A stretch of DNA of 64,000 nucleotides from Ignavibacteriota bacterium (GCA_963727825.1 CAVSHO010000009.1:640001-704000), one strand, 5' to 3'. Shown: positions 1-11,146, numbered from the stretch's first letter. The notes: generated by a model from the letters alone, not told the origin. Translations and numbers: made by a program.

Positions 1-368
1 TTGCCGTAACCGGTTCGGTAAATCAGAAAGGTGAAATTCAACCGATTGGCGGAGTGAATCTTAAAATCGAAGGATTCTACAATGTCTGTAAAGCACGTGG
101 ATTAACTGGCAAACAAGGTGTTATTATTCCGATCCAAAATGTAGACGATTTAATGCTACGTGAAGAAGTGTATGAAGCCGTTGATAAAAAGAAGTTTTCA
201 ATTTATGCTATCAAATCCATCGATGAGGGAATAGAAATTCTTACTGGATTGAAAGCAGGAAAAAAGAAATCCGACAATACTTTTGAATCCGGCACCATCA
301 ACGCACTTGCTGATGAGAAACTTCAGCGCTATGCTGGTGACTGGAAAAAGTTTGAAAGTCGAATTTAG
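1..368 (+). CDS. Lon-type (S16) ATP-dependent protease, C-terminal fragment (5' end outside window)
   Basis: Frame open from base 3: AVTGSVNQKGEIQPIGGVNLKIEGF...GVIIP..NVDDLML, the Lon proteolytic-domain motif around the catalytic Lys (LonB/LonC-like). Confidence 0.85.
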   Translation, partial: AVTGSVNQKGEIQPIGGVNLKIEGFYNVCKARGLTGKQGVIIPIQNVDDLMLREEVYEAVDKKKFSIYAIKSIDEGIEILTGLKAGKKKSDNTFESGTINALADEKLQRYAGDWKKFESRI

Positions 369-413
369 ATATTTTCTGCTAATAATAGAGCATTTAAAAA
401 ATACCAATACAAT

Positions 414-1415
414 ATGAATGCTGCGCGCAACGCACTTCAAATAATTTTTCTACTTTTACTCATCCTCATCGCAGGCACATTGGGGTATCATTTCATTGAG
501 GGCTGGTCACTCTTTGATTCATTGTATATGTCGGTGATCACGCTTGCCACAGTCGGTTATAGCGAGACCCATCCACTGTCCATACCCGGACGTGTCTTTA
601 CTATTTTTTTAATTTTAGGCGGCATGGGCATTATCCTCTACGGCATATCGGAAATAACACAATTCATCGTGCAAGGAGGCATAAACGGAATTCTTAGGAG
701 ACGAAAAATGGAACGCACCATTAAAAAAATTTCACATCATTATATTCTTTGCGGCGCTGGAAAAAACGGACACTATGTTTTGGAAGAACTTATTAGGACA
801 AAACGGAAGGTCGTAGCTGTTGAGAAAGATCCTAAAAAAGTGCAGGCTCTTATCAACCAAGGTATTCCGACTATTGAAGGCGATGCTTCAAGCGACAATG
901 TTCTTCATTCGGCAGGCATAAATCGCGCTATTGGTCTTGTAAGCACATTACCGGAAGATAAAGATAATCTATTTGTTGTTATCACAGCGCGTGGATTGAA
1001 TCCAAAGCTTCGCATAGTGGCAAAAGTAGATGATATTGAAGTGAGAGAGAAATTTTTCCGCAGCGGTGCTAATTCGGCTGTATCTGCTCCATACATTGGC
1101 GGCTTGCGAATGGCATCTGAATTGATACGTCCGGATACGACAACATTTTTAGACTCGATGATGCGTGATAGTTCAGCGCTGCGTGTAGATGAAGTGAAGA
1201 TTGGCTCAACAACAAGCTATCGCGGCAAAACAATAGAAAACTGCGATGTAATTGCATCTTCTGACGTCGTGCTTGTTTCTATGCGGCGCGGAATGGATGA
1301 ACAGGATTTCATCTTCAATCCTCCGCTAAGTACTATCCTCAACACGGGTGATACACTTATCTTCATCGGCAATCCGGAGCAACTTGAAATCCTGAGAGCA
1401 AAGTTATCAAAGTAA
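414..1415 (+). CDS. Potassium channel protein (2TM pore + RCK/TrkA-N + TrkA-C; MthK/Kch-like)
   Basis: TLATVGY selectivity-filter motif between two TM helices, followed by a CGAGKNG Rossmann motif and a TrkA-C-like tail. Confidence 0.9.
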   Translation: MNAARNALQIIFLLLLILIAGTLGYHFIEGWSLFDSLYMSVITLATVGYSETHPLSIPGRVFTIFLILGGMGIILYGISEITQFIVQGGINGILRRRKMERTIKKISHHYILCGAGKNGHYVLEELIRTKRKVVAVEKDPKKVQALINQGIPTIEGDASSDNVLHSAGINRAIGLVSTLPEDKDNLFVVITARGLNPKLRIVAKVDDIEVREKFFRSGANSAVSAPYIGGLRMASELIRPDTTTFLDSMMRDSSALRVDEVKIGSTTSYRGKTIENCDVIASSDVVLVSMRRGMDEQDFIFNPPLSTILNTGDTLIFIGNPEQLEILRAKLSK

Positions 1416-1470
1416 CAATTTCTATGGTATTCCCCTGACGGAAAAAATATCTTTACAGAAAGGCTGTCTT

Positions 1471-1842
1471 ATGCCAACATTTATTCCAGCGCCATCGATC
1501 ATCAAAGCTGCCGGCAATATACCAAAGGTCATTGAAGAATTCATAGGTAGAATCAATACCAGTACAAATGGTTTGAGCATTGCACGCATGAAAAGTCCCA
1601 GCGGATGGATAGAACCCGGTCAAACACCTGAATTTGACGAGTACACAATAGTCCTTTATGGCACTTTGCGTGTCAAGACAAAAACTGGGTCAAATGATGT
1701 CGCTGCAGGTCAAGCAATTGTCGTTACAAAGGGAGAATGGGTTCAGTACAGCTCTCCGGAACCAGGCGGCGCAGAATATATTGCCGTCTGTCAGCCGGCT
1801 TTTTCACCCGATAATGTACATAGAGATATTGGTTCAAATTAA
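1471..1842 (+). CDS. Cupin-domain protein (EutQ-like)
   Basis: GWIEPGQTPEFDEYTIVLYG...AGQAIVV..GEWVQYS cupin pattern. Confidence 0.8.
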   Translation: MPTFIPAPSIIKAAGNIPKVIEEFIGRINTSTNGLSIARMKSPSGWIEPGQTPEFDEYTIVLYGTLRVKTKTGSNDVAAGQAIVVTKGEWVQYSSPEPGGAEYIAVCQPAFSPDNVHRDIGSN

Positions 1843-1888
1843 TTTTGAACGTCATAATTGATTCCTTAACTATTGTGGAGATTTTTTT

Positions 1889-3208
1889 ATGGATGCACTT
1901 TTACTCGCGCGGTTGCAATTCGCGTTTACCATTGGATTTCATTTCCTTTTTCCCCCGATCTCCATCGGACTTGCATGGCTATTAGTGATCATGGAAGGAC
2001 TTGGATGGCAAAGAAAAGATGAAGTGTACGTGCGTATGGGCAAGTTCTTTGGGAAATTACTCGCATTAACGTTTGCAGTCGGTGTGGCGACCGGTATTGT
2101 TATGGAATTTCAATTTGGGACTAACTGGGCTGTATATTCAAAATTTGTTGGTGATATTTTCGGCGCACCGCTTGCCGCTGAAGGTATATTTGCTTTTTTC
2201 CTCGAATCGGGTTTCCTCGGACTCTATCTTTTTGGACGCAACAAAGTTTCTAAGAGTGTTCATTGGTTCTCAATTCTAATGGTAGCAGTTGGTGCGACTA
2301 TCTCTGCATTCTGGATTATCGTAGCAAATTCCTGGCAGCAAACTCCGGCGGGATATATTCTCAGAAACGGAAGAGCAGAACTTACCAGCTTTTACGAAGC
2401 TGTCTTTAATCCATCGACTGTGATTCGTTATTTCCACACTGTAGATGCCGCGTTGATTACTGGAGCTTTTTTTGTAGCAGGTATTGCAGCTTATCTCATC
2501 TTAAAAGGAAAAGAAACCGAACTTGCCCAACGTGCGCTGAAGATTGCCGTTATTTTTGGATTAATTACTTCTCTGCTTGAGCTGATGCCTTTGGGCCATG
2601 AACACGCAAGGCAAGTAGCACACACACAACCCGAAAAATTTGCTGCTATTGAAGGGCTCTATGCAACGCAATCCGGAGCACCGCTTGTCTTCTTTGCAAT
2701 TCCATTCACTAAACCGCCAGAACTAAAAGCAAAAATGGAATTATCAGGACTTCTCAGCTGGATGGCATTTGGCGATGTCAATGCAAAGATTAAAGGCATT
2801 AATGAATTTCCGCCTGAAAATATTCCACCGCTCTGGCTGACATTCGTTTCATTTCACAATATGGTTGTGTTGGGGATGTACTTTATCGCGGTTACACTTT
2901 ATGCTTTCATACAACTTCGCAGGAGAAAATTATTTGAAACGAAGTGGCTGCTGAGGATTTTCGTGTGGTCTATTCCCCTGCCGCTTGCAGCCTGCCAGCT
3001 TGGATGGATTGCAACCGAGGTCGGCCGTCAGCCATGGATTGTGTACCATTTATTAAAAACATCGGAAGCATATTCGGCGACTGTAACTGTAAGTGAAATT
3101 GTATTCTCAATTATTCTATTTGGTATAATTTATTTATTGCTTGGTGTTTTGTATGTCTATATTCTCGTACGGGAAGTAAAACATGGACCGCAACATACAC
3201 ACGCTTAG
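1889..3208 (+). CDS. cydA: Cytochrome bd quinol oxidase subunit I
   Basis: LARLQFAFTIGFHFLF, EFQFGTNW, QPEKFAAIEG and EVGRQPW motifs; short Q-loop. Confidence 0.97.
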   Translation: MDALLLARLQFAFTIGFHFLFPPISIGLAWLLVIMEGLGWQRKDEVYVRMGKFFGKLLALTFAVGVATGIVMEFQFGTNWAVYSKFVGDIFGAPLAAEGIFAFFLESGFLGLYLFGRNKVSKSVHWFSILMVAVGATISAFWIIVANSWQQTPAGYILRNGRAELTSFYEAVFNPSTVIRYFHTVDAALITGAFFVAGIAAYLILKGKETELAQRALKIAVIFGLITSLLELMPLGHEHARQVAHTQPEKFAAIEGLYATQSGAPLVFFAIPFTKPPELKAKMELSGLLSWMAFGDVNAKIKGINEFPPENIPPLWLTFVSFHNMVVLGMYFIAVTLYAFIQLRRRKLFETKWLLRIFVWSIPLPLAACQLGWIATEVGRQPWIVYHLLKTSEAYSATVTVSEIVFSIILFGIIYLLLGVLYVYILVREVKHGPQHTHA

Positions 3209-3220
3209 GAGCTTCTGAAA

Positions 3221-4237
3221 ATGAATTTGAACACGATTTGGTTTTGCCTTATAGGTGGATTGATAATCGGCTATGCCATTTTGGATGGATTTGATTTCGG
3301 TATCGGTATTTTGTCACTATTTGAGCGCGATGAAAAAAAACGTCGTATTCACTTCAATGCTATCGGTCCTGTATGGGATGGAAACGAAGTCTGGCTCCTC
3401 ACCGGCGGGGGTGCATTGTTTGCGGCATTTCCGGCTGTCTATGCAACAGTGTTCAGCGGCTTTTATCTTGCGTTAATGTTATTATTAGCTGCACTTATCT
3501 TCCGCGCAGTATCTTTCGAATTCCGCAATAAGGTTGATTCACCAACTTGGCGGAGTGCATGGGATTGGGCATTCGGACTCGGAAGTCTTCTTCCAGCTCT
3601 TCTCTTTGGTGTTGCAATTGGGAATATTCTTCGCGGTGTACCGATTGATGCAAATGGAAATTATCTGGGAACGTTTTTAGACTTACTTAATCCTTATTCC
3701 ATCGGTGTTGGTATATTGAGTTCAATACTCTTTACGATGCATGGCGCGATCTATCTTGCGACAAAATCAGAAGGCGGTCTGCGTGACCGATGCCAGAAGT
3801 TGGCATCATCTCTGTGGGTGGTTTATGTAATGATCTATGTTATTATATCGGTGTGGACTTGGCTGGCGTCTTCATTTCTATTCAAGGATTTACTCGGCAA
3901 TTCATTATTCTACATTTTTATCATTGCATTGTTCGGATGTATAGTGTATCTGCCGATTCCTTTAAAGGCAGGAAAATTTCAACGCGCATTCGTCTTTTCG
4001 TCATTGATTATTGCAGCGATGTTAGGTCAAATGGCGCTCAGTCTTTATCCGAGGCTTGTGCCGTCATCTATCGATCTAAATTATAGTCTTACAATCTACA
4101 ACTCGTCATCCAGTCCATTAACTTTACAGACAATGTTGGTTATTGCCGTTCTGGGTGTGCCAATAGTGATTGCATATTCTATTTTCATTCACTATGTTTT
4201 TCGCGGGAAAGTTGAAATCACCGAAGAAAGTTATTAA
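3221..4237 (+). CDS. cydB: Cytochrome bd quinol oxidase subunit II
   Basis: YAILDGFDFG and IGPVWDGNEVWL motifs; directly after cydA. Confidence 0.97.
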   Translation: MNLNTIWFCLIGGLIIGYAILDGFDFGIGILSLFERDEKKRRIHFNAIGPVWDGNEVWLLTGGGALFAAFPAVYATVFSGFYLALMLLLAALIFRAVSFEFRNKVDSPTWRSAWDWAFGLGSLLPALLFGVAIGNILRGVPIDANGNYLGTFLDLLNPYSIGVGILSSILFTMHGAIYLATKSEGGLRDRCQKLASSLWVVYVMIYVIISVWTWLASSFLFKDLLGNSLFYIFIIALFGCIVYLPIPLKAGKFQRAFVFSSLIIAAMLGQMALSLYPRLVPSSIDLNYSLTIYNSSSSPLTLQTMLVIAVLGVPIVIAYSIFIHYVFRGKVEITEESY

Positions 4238-4265
4238 GGAAGTTTGTTCTGGTAATATGCATGCT

Positions 4266-4286
4266 GTCAGGACCTTTTGTTCTGAC
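4266..4286 (+). terminator. Probable terminator hairpin after cydB (between convergent genes)
   Basis: GTCAGGAC-ctttt-GTTCTGAC stem (one G-U pair) followed by T-rich ggttatttgttt. Confidence 0.45.
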
Positions 4287-4326
4287 GGTTATTTGTTTAA
4301 AGGAATTAAGAAGCGAGTAGAATGCT

Positions 4327-4737
4327 TTACTCAAACGCGGCAAAATTATATACATGACTTGTCATATCTATTACCGATGAAATATAATCCTTGCTCAACC
4401 TAAATTCTGCAGCGTACTGTTTGAGAAGATCTTGTTCCGATACTGCAAAATCCCGATCAACTTGTGCAAGGTCGTACAAAAGATGGTATGTTATCCTTTT
4501 TTGTTCATCGTTCAATCTTGCCGATACAACTTTGATACAAACATCAAGAGGCCGTTCATTATAGAAGCTGAATGCATTTAAAAACGCCGACTCATCCGTA
4601 TGAATCAAATTGCGAAGCTTTTCTAATTCTTCTTCTTTGAATACTTCATCGATTCCTGCCATTGTAATTGCTGCAAGACATAAAGCCATCTTAGCGGATA
4701 ACCCGGATTCTTCCTCTGATGTCGAATTTGTAACCAT
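4327..4737 (-). CDS. TerB-like (tellurite-resistance/co-chaperone DjlA-N fold) protein
   Basis: Two repeats of the TerB-like pattern (MAGIDEVFKEEELEKL; LAQVDRDFAVSEQDLL). Confidence 0.65.
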   Translation of the reverse strand: MVTNSTSEEESGLSAKMALCLAAITMAGIDEVFKEEELEKLRNLIHTDESAFLNAFSFYNERPLDVCIKVVSARLNDEQKRITYHLLYDLAQVDRDFAVSEQDLLKQYAAEFRLSKDYISSVIDMTSHVYNFAAFE

Positions 4738-4817
4738 TATTGTGTTTTCCTAGAAAGTAAGAATTATGATTGCAAATTAAATTGATGTGCTGTTAATATA
4801 AACAAATTCTTCTAATT

Positions 4818-5700
4818 TTACGCAAGCATCAATAATATAAACAGTAATAAAAGAAATAGAAGGGAGAAATAGAAAATCCTGCGCGCAGCATTGGGTGATT
4901 TATTATGAAAGAATGCAATTCCTATGGTTAGAAAGGATATTGACAAGATCAGTGCACCAATAAAATATACGTACCCGGTAAAACCTACTAACGTTGGCAT
5001 CAATGAAGCCGGTACAAGTGCGCAGCAATATACAAGAATCTGCCGGCTTGTGATTTCTCCAGTTTGATCTAAAACGACCAGTATTTTATATCCGGCACGC
5101 GCATAGTCCTTACGATACATCCAAGACAATGACAGGAAATGCGGCATTTGCCAAAAGAATAAAACGAAAAAGAGCGACCATGCTTCCATTGATACCCTGC
5201 CTTGTACAACCGCCCATCCAATGAGCGGCGGTAATGCTCCAGGAATACCACCAACAACTGTCGCAAAAGGCGTCAATCTTTTTAATGGAGTATAGATTGC
5301 CAGATAACTGAACCAGCGTTAACACTGAAAGTGAAACAGCAATCCAATTTGTGAATAGTGCAAGATAGGATAGTCCGGAAATGCAGAGAATGACCCCAAA
5401 GAATAAAGCATCTGCCGGTTGAATGCGTCCGGCGGGAAGCGGACGATGTTCCGTCCGTTTCATCATTGCATCATATTGGCGTTCAATATATTGATTCAAT
5501 ACTCCGGCGGCACCGCCGACAAGCAGTGTCCCGATAAGCGTGTGAACGAGAAGTGAATAATGCATCGAACCATGAAGTGCTATATAGGCACTGCCGACAG
5601 CTGTTGACACAGAAAGTAGTGTCAATTCGGGTTTCATTAACATGATATAATCAGAGATAGACTGCGAGCGATGAAGAGCCATAGAATCAAAAATTTTCAC
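4818..5700 (-). CDS. ctaB: Protoheme IX farnesyltransferase (heme o synthase); split by one extra base at ~5311
   Basis: The N-part has LNQYIERQYDAMMKRTEHRPLPAG and the C-part has GGIPGALPPLIGW and FWQMPHF. Removing one base restores LVSYLAIYTPLKRLT and joins the two ORFs. Confidence 0.9.
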
Positions 5701-7071
5701 GTTAGTTTCGCTCCACCCTGTAGAGATCGTGCAACTCTTCGCAGGATATAACGTGCAACGGAATCTGCTTCAAGCTGCCCGTAATCCCGGATTTTGCATC
5801 GGCGGATAATCAGGATTCTTTTTTGTGGGATGGAGAATGAACGAAACCAGCTCTGCTTTCTTCCCTTGGTATTTTGGTATCGTTTCAAAATAAGGCGGTC
5901 CAACTTTTTTCTTATCAAAGAGATGACACGATTCGCATCTGCTGTTATAAATCCCTTCCCCGGTGAACGATACCGTCGTTACTCCCAGCGTGGCTTTTAA
6001 ATCTTCAATAGATTTTTCATGAGAATTTGCCAGGCGCGTTACCTGATTGCGTGTTGCGGTACCAAAAGCAAGATTATCGCCTATTACTAACATTCCCGTT
6101 GCAAATAAAAACATTGCGAAACCTACGGCAAGCGAAACGGATTGCAGCGACTTGTGATATCCGTATATAAGATGCGCCGAGAGAAAAAAGAATATAATCG
6201 CCGTACCTGCAAGCGAATAGAATGACCCCGAGAGTGCTTCATTGGACATCATCGCAACATTCAATAACACCGAAGCCGGCAAAGCAATTAGTCCAACAAC
6301 ACTGAGACGTATGCCGAGCATTTTTGCTAGCACCGAATAATCTTCCCCATGATCTTTCCGTTTTTCCCATACAAATGAGAAAAAAAGTATCCCGATACCC
6401 GTTGTTCCAATACTTAAAAATAAAAGCTCGATGATTTTCAGCCAAACATTCAAGGAAACAATTACAGGAAATATGGAATCCAGATCCCTGTTGAGAGGGT
6501 TTAATGCGGTACTATTAGCGGCGGCATAGAGCGCAAACGATGCGCAAAGAAAAATTATTCCGTATCTTCCCGAACGAATATGTGCTTGTGTGTTTGATTC
6601 CTGATATGCTATTACAGCTTTATTCGATTGACCATGCGGCTGTTTCTTCAACAATTGTTGATAAGACCCAAGAAATTCTTGTACGCGAAAAGTGTATTTA
6701 TGGGAGTAAAGAAGAGCCATACCTGCGATAAGAAATAAGAACCCAAAGCCGGCGAGACTTGCACCCGGGGATTGTGTCCCCTGTAGGATTTGGGCATAAA
6801 CAAATACTAATGATAATCCCGGCAGAATAGAAAGAAAAATAATGAGACTTTTATTGAAGAGTGCGCGATCGATAAGGTCATGTGCAAATTGGAGAAAAAT
6901 AACATTATCATCTCTGTGCCCTCTATGGTTATACCACAAAGACAAAAGTGATGATCCTACTACAAAACCGAGATACGGAATAAATACAAGCGAACTGAGC
7001 GTCGCGACGAGCACGAGCAGATGAAAATGTTCCAGTGATTGAGGGATTGCAAAATCTTTGAGAAATTCCAT
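5697..7071 (-). CDS. Polytopic membrane protein with C-terminal monoheme cytochrome c; extra base at ~5772
   Basis: Many hydrophobic helices, then CESCH...VGP...PPM. The +1 frame continues EADSVARYIL to a stop overlapping the ctaB start (GTGA). Confidence 0.75.
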
Positions 7072-7075
7072 ATCG

Positions 7076-7735
7076 TTAATCCGGTTGCTTCACAATGTTG
7101 ACAAATGGCAGATAAGGCTTAGTCTGTTGTGCTGATATTTGCCGATACCAATGATCGAAGTCGGACGAATCCTGCGAGATAACTTTTGTATACATATAGG
7201 AATGATTAAGACCGCAGTATTCCGCACAGGCAATGTCGTAAGCAGCTTTTCGTACTGTTTTAAACCACATGACATTTTCACGATTAGGAATGACATCTTT
7301 TTTGATTCGAAATGATGGAATATAAAACGAATGATTGACATCCATTGAGTGGAGCGTACATTTAATCGGTGTATTCATCGGCACATACAGCGTATCGGTT
7401 TGTACACCATTAGGATATTCAAACGTCCATTTCCACATTTGAGCGGTTACTTTGATCGGAATCGCATTGTCCGGTACTTGTAGTTCTGTCAGGTACCCCC
7501 GCCATCCCATATAGAACATTCCCATAAAAAGGACAAGAGGAATAACTGTCCAAGTGATTTCGAGAGGAACATGACCTTCGATATTTGTAGGATGGGGATT
7601 TTTCTTGCGGCTATAGTGTATGATGAAGTACACCATCGCAATCAACAGTCCCAACAAGACGAGAAGAGAGATTCCCGTGATTGTCAAAAACGTTGTATCA
7701 ACAGAGTCCGAAAACGGAGATGATCCTGAATACAT
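7076..7735 (-). CDS. ctaC: Heme-copper oxidase subunit II (CuA; no fused cytochrome c)
   Basis: LEITWT, DVNHSFYIP and CAEYCGLNHSYM CuA ligands; no CXXCH. Confidence 0.95.
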   Translation of the reverse strand: MYSGSSPFSDSVDTTFLTITGISLLVLLGLLIAMVYFIIHYSRKKNPHPTNIEGHVPLEITWTVIPLVLFMGMFYMGWRGYLTELQVPDNAIPIKVTAQMWKWTFEYPNGVQTDTLYVPMNTPIKCTLHSMDVNHSFYIPSFRIKKDVIPNRENVMWFKTVRKAAYDIACAEYCGLNHSYMYTKVISQDSSDFDHWYRQISAQQTKPYLPFVNIVKQPD

Positions 7736-7749
7736 ATCAGTAATTCCGC

Positions 7750-8070
7750 TTAGTGAAAAGCATAGTCAAAAAAAGTTAACGAGATGAAGATGATAAATGT
7801 TGTTATCGCGACACCGACAAATATTCTGAATATCCGATCTTCATATTTCAAATGCATAAATATATTAACCACCAACATTGATTTAATAGAAGCAATGGTT
7901 AGTGCTGTGATAATTATCCAGCGGCCCATGTTCATGCCTGCAAACGATACAGTTGCACAGGTTAACGCGAGCAACCCCAGCCAGTTAAGTATGTACCTGC
8001 CGTAACCTATTGGCTGGTGTTGTTGATGGTCCTCTGATTGCACTGATTTATTATTCGTTTCAGTATTCAT
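7750..8070 (-). CDS. ctaF: Heme-copper oxidase subunit IV
   Basis: Three TM helices with K...FMHLKYE motif; the start is probably MNTETNNK at 8070. Confidence 0.85.
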   Translation of the reverse strand: MNTETNNKSVQSEDHQQHQPIGYGRYILNWLGLLALTCATVSFAGMNMGRWIIITALTIASIKSMLVVNIFMHLKYEDRIFRIFVGVAITTFIIFISLTFFDYAFH

Positions 8071-8104
8071 CGTTATTATGTCTTTTTCATTGTCGAAGTA
8101 CACA

Positions 8105-8719
8105 TTAATGAATCAAGTAAAAGAGAGGAAATAAAAATATCCAAATGATATCCACCAGATGCCAATAGAGTCCGCCTGCTTCGAGCCGGACAAATGAATC
8201 CTTGTTGATCTTTCCGGTCTTAATAAATATCATCATGACTGAAAGAATAACCATTCCAATAACGACATGCAAAGCGTGCAGTCCTGTCATAACATAGTAT
8301 AATCCAAAATATAATATTTCTCCCTGGGGCTTGTTTACTAAATCCGGTGATTGAGGATAGATACCAAGAGAAATCTTATGGCTCCATTCAAAGTACTTAA
8401 TCACCAAAAACACCGAAGCAAATAGAATCGTAATCCCTACTAATGACATCGAAAGATTCTTTTTCCCTTTCTGAATAGCAGTGATCGACATAGCCACAGT
8501 CAAACTGCTTGTCAGCAGAATGATTGTATTTATTGTTCCTATGAACGGGTCAAGCTCCTCAGCTGCAAGACGAAATTCTTCCGGATGCTTAAAGCGGTAG
8601 ACCGCATAGATAATGAACATTCCTCCGAACAAGATTAACTCGCTGAAGAGGAACAACCATAATCCCATTCTCGAACCTACATCATCTCGGTGGCTATGCT
8701 CCATTGTTGTTGATATCAC
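8105..8719 (-). CDS. ctaE: Heme-copper oxidase subunit III
   Basis: GLWLFLFSE, TGLHALHV and YWHLVDIIW motifs. Confidence 0.95.
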   Translation of the reverse strand: MISTTMEHSHRDDVGSRMGLWLFLFSELILFGGMFIIYAVYRFKHPEEFRLAAEELDPFIGTINTIILLTSSLTVAMSITAIQKGKKNLSMSLVGITILFASVFLVIKYFEWSHKISLGIYPQSPDLVNKPQGEILYFGLYYVMTGLHALHVVIGMVILSVMMIFIKTGKINKDSFVRLEAGGLYWHLVDIIWIFLFPLFYLIH

Positions 8720-10359
8720 GTCGGCTCCGATGCGGTTCGTTCATATTCTGAATAGTCATACGGTCCTGCAGTGACAACCGGAATTTCTTGAAAATTTTCT
8801 GTCGGCGGCGGTGATGAGACCGTCCATTCAAGCGTTCGTCCGCCCCAAGGATTCGCCGATGCCTTATCGCCACGTTTTAATGACACAATCAGATTAATGA
8901 TAAGAATAAGTATCCCGGCGACCATAATCCACGAACCGACGGTTGCAATACGTTGAAGCGTTTGATATTCAGAGAGGTAATGATAATATCTACGAGGCAT
9001 ACCAATATACCCCAGTATTAGCATCGGGAAATAGAGAATGTTAAATCCAATTGTCATGAACAACCACCCGATAAATGCCGGGCGTTTTTTGTACATCCTT
9101 CCGAACATTTTTGGAAACCAATAATGCATTGCGCCAAAGAGAGCAAATCCTGTTCCGCCAAACATTACATAATGAAAGTGGCCAACAACGAAATACGTGT
9201 CTGTTACGTGGATATTCACCGATAGTGCACCAAGCATCAATCCGGTAAGTCCGCCAATGCTGAATTGTACGATGAAGGCAAGCATAAAGAGAAGAGGAAC
9301 CTCAAGTTCAATCGATCCTTTGTAGAGTGTCGCAACCCAGTTAAAGACTTTGATAGCGCTTGGAATTGCGACCAGAAAGGTTAAGAGTGAGAACATAAAC
9401 ATTCCCGTATTACTCATTCCAACGGTGAACATGTGATGTGCCCACACGAGCGAACCGACAGAAGCAATCGCCAAACTGGAATAGGCAATAGGTTTATACC
9501 CAAAGATTGTCCGACGCGCAAATACAGGAATTATTTCCGATACCACTCCCATGGCTGGAAGAATGATAATATAGACTGCGGGGTGAGAATACATCCAGAA
9601 TAAATGTTGATACAAGACAGGATCCCCTCCTAGAGTTGGGTCGAAAATACCAACTCCAAACAACCGTTCAATGGTCACGAGTAAAAGCGTAATACCAATA
9701 ACGGGTGTGGCAAGAACTTGGACCCACCCCGTTGCATATAACGACCAGACGAACAACGGCATTTTAAACCAGGTCATTCCATGTGCCCGCATGCGATGAA
9801 TGGTGGTGATAAAATTCAACCCTGTTAAGATTGAGGAAAAGCCAAGGATGAACGCGGCCAGCAGAGCGGGGATAATATTTGTATTGGAACGGATGCTGTA
9901 AGGAACATAAAATGTCCATCCGGTATCCGCAGCGCCACCCGGAAGAAAAAGCGAAACAAGCGCAAGTGTTCCACCGGCAATGAAGAGCCACCACGACAAA
10001 AGATTTAACCGCGGAAAAAATACGTCTTTCGCCCCGATCATTAACGGTAGGAAGAAATTGCCGAATATAGCCGGAAACGCCGGAATGACAACTAAAAAAA
10101 TCATAATAATACCATGCAGCGTAAAGAATGTGTTGTACATCTGTGCCGTGACAATAGTGTTTTCCGGATTTAACATTTCCAGCCGCATTAAAAATCCGAG
10201 GGTCATCCCAACCAAGAAAAACACGATGATGGCTGTAAGATACAGGATACCGATTCGTTTGTGATCGGTACTGAAAATCCAGCCAAAAATTCCCTTCAAC
10301 CTTGTTTTCTCGTGATAAAAATCAGGTACGGTGTCCATAGCGATTGCTTCTGTTGTCAT
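8716..10359 (-). CDS. ctaD: Heme-copper oxygen reductase subunit I, type A2
   Basis: TDHKRIG (D-channel), YSHPAVY (A2 YS motif), WAHHM and GHFHY metal ligands, K-channel Lys in PSAIKVF. Confidence 0.97.
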   Translation of the reverse strand: MTTEAIAMDTVPDFYHEKTRLKGIFGWIFSTDHKRIGILYLTAIIVFFLVGMTLGFLMRLEMLNPENTIVTAQMYNTFFTLHGIIMIFLVVIPAFPAIFGNFFLPLMIGAKDVFFPRLNLLSWWLFIAGGTLALVSLFLPGGAADTGWTFYVPYSIRSNTNIIPALLAAFILGFSSILTGLNFITTIHRMRAHGMTWFKMPLFVWSLYATGWVQVLATPVIGITLLLVTIERLFGVGIFDPTLGGDPVLYQHLFWMYSHPAVYIIILPAMGVVSEIIPVFARRTIFGYKPIAYSSLAIASVGSLVWAHHMFTVGMSNTGMFMFSLLTFLVAIPSAIKVFNWVATLYKGSIELEVPLLFMLAFIVQFSIGGLTGLMLGALSVNIHVTDTYFVVGHFHYVMFGGTGFALFGAMHYWFPKMFGRMYKKRPAFIGWLFMTIGFNILYFPMLILGYIGMPRRYYHYLSEYQTLQRIATVGSWIMVAGILILIINLIVSLKRGDKASANPWGGRTLEWTVSSPPPTENFQEIPVVTAGPYDYSEYERTASEPT

Positions 10360-10363
10360 AGAG

Positions 10364-11134
10364 TTATAGCCTTTCTTTTTTCTTCTTTGGTATTACTATG
10401 AACACTACCACAAACAAGGCAACTAAGCCTACAACGACTACTCCACTGATCTGGACAATATTAAATACATAATGTTTCCCATCCGGATCGTATGTGTAAC
10501 ACATATTTAATATCTTCGATATGGTTGGTGCAGTATGTCCTTGCGAAGCTTCCATAACAGCCAGTTTTACATCAAGCGGAAGTTGATAAATACCATAAAG
10601 GTACCGTGTTATTTTTCCCTCAGGAGAAACTGCAATGAGCCCTGTCGGATGAATCCAATCCTTCCCGCTTCGTTGATAATAAAATCCCATACTATCGGTA
10701 AGGCGGCATATATTTGTGCTGTCCCCGGTGAGAAATCGCCATCCATCGGGATTTACTGATTTTCTTATTTCGCCGAGATAATTATCACGTTTGTCTGACG
10801 CTGTTTCGGGCTGCTCTGTAAAATCGAAACTGATGGTGAGAATCTGATAATCTTTTCCAAGTTCTAGATCCATCTTGTCTACAACTTTGGTAACCTCATT
10901 AAGCAAAGGAGTGCAGATGCCGGTGCATCGGAAATAGACAAACGCAATAAGCGTCGGCTTGTTGATAAGCGATTTAAGTTGGACAAGATTCCCGGATTCA
11001 TCATACAATTCTACATCCAGCGGTACATAGTGTCCGAGTTTTTCGATGATACCGACAGGAGGCTTTGCCTGCTGCCCCATTCCCTTCATCGTAACGAAGA
11101 AGAGTAACAGAGTAAAAATAATTCTCTTTTTCAT
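10364..11134 (-). CDS. SCO1/SenC copper chaperone
   Basis: YFRCTGIC (CxxxC) and a conserved His (WIHP); signal peptide and C-terminal TM. Confidence 0.88.
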   Translation of the reverse strand: MKKRIIFTLLLFFVTMKGMGQQAKPPVGIIEKLGHYVPLDVELYDESGNLVQLKSLINKPTLIAFVYFRCTGICTPLLNEVTKVVDKMDLELGKDYQILTISFDFTEQPETASDKRDNYLGEIRKSVNPDGWRFLTGDSTNICRLTDSMGFYYQRSGKDWIHPTGLIAVSPEGKITRYLYGIYQLPLDVKLAVMEASQGHTAPTISKILNMCYTYDPDGKHYVFNIVQISGVVVVGLVALFVVVFIVIPKKKKERL

Positions 11135-11146
11135 AGGTATGGATCT

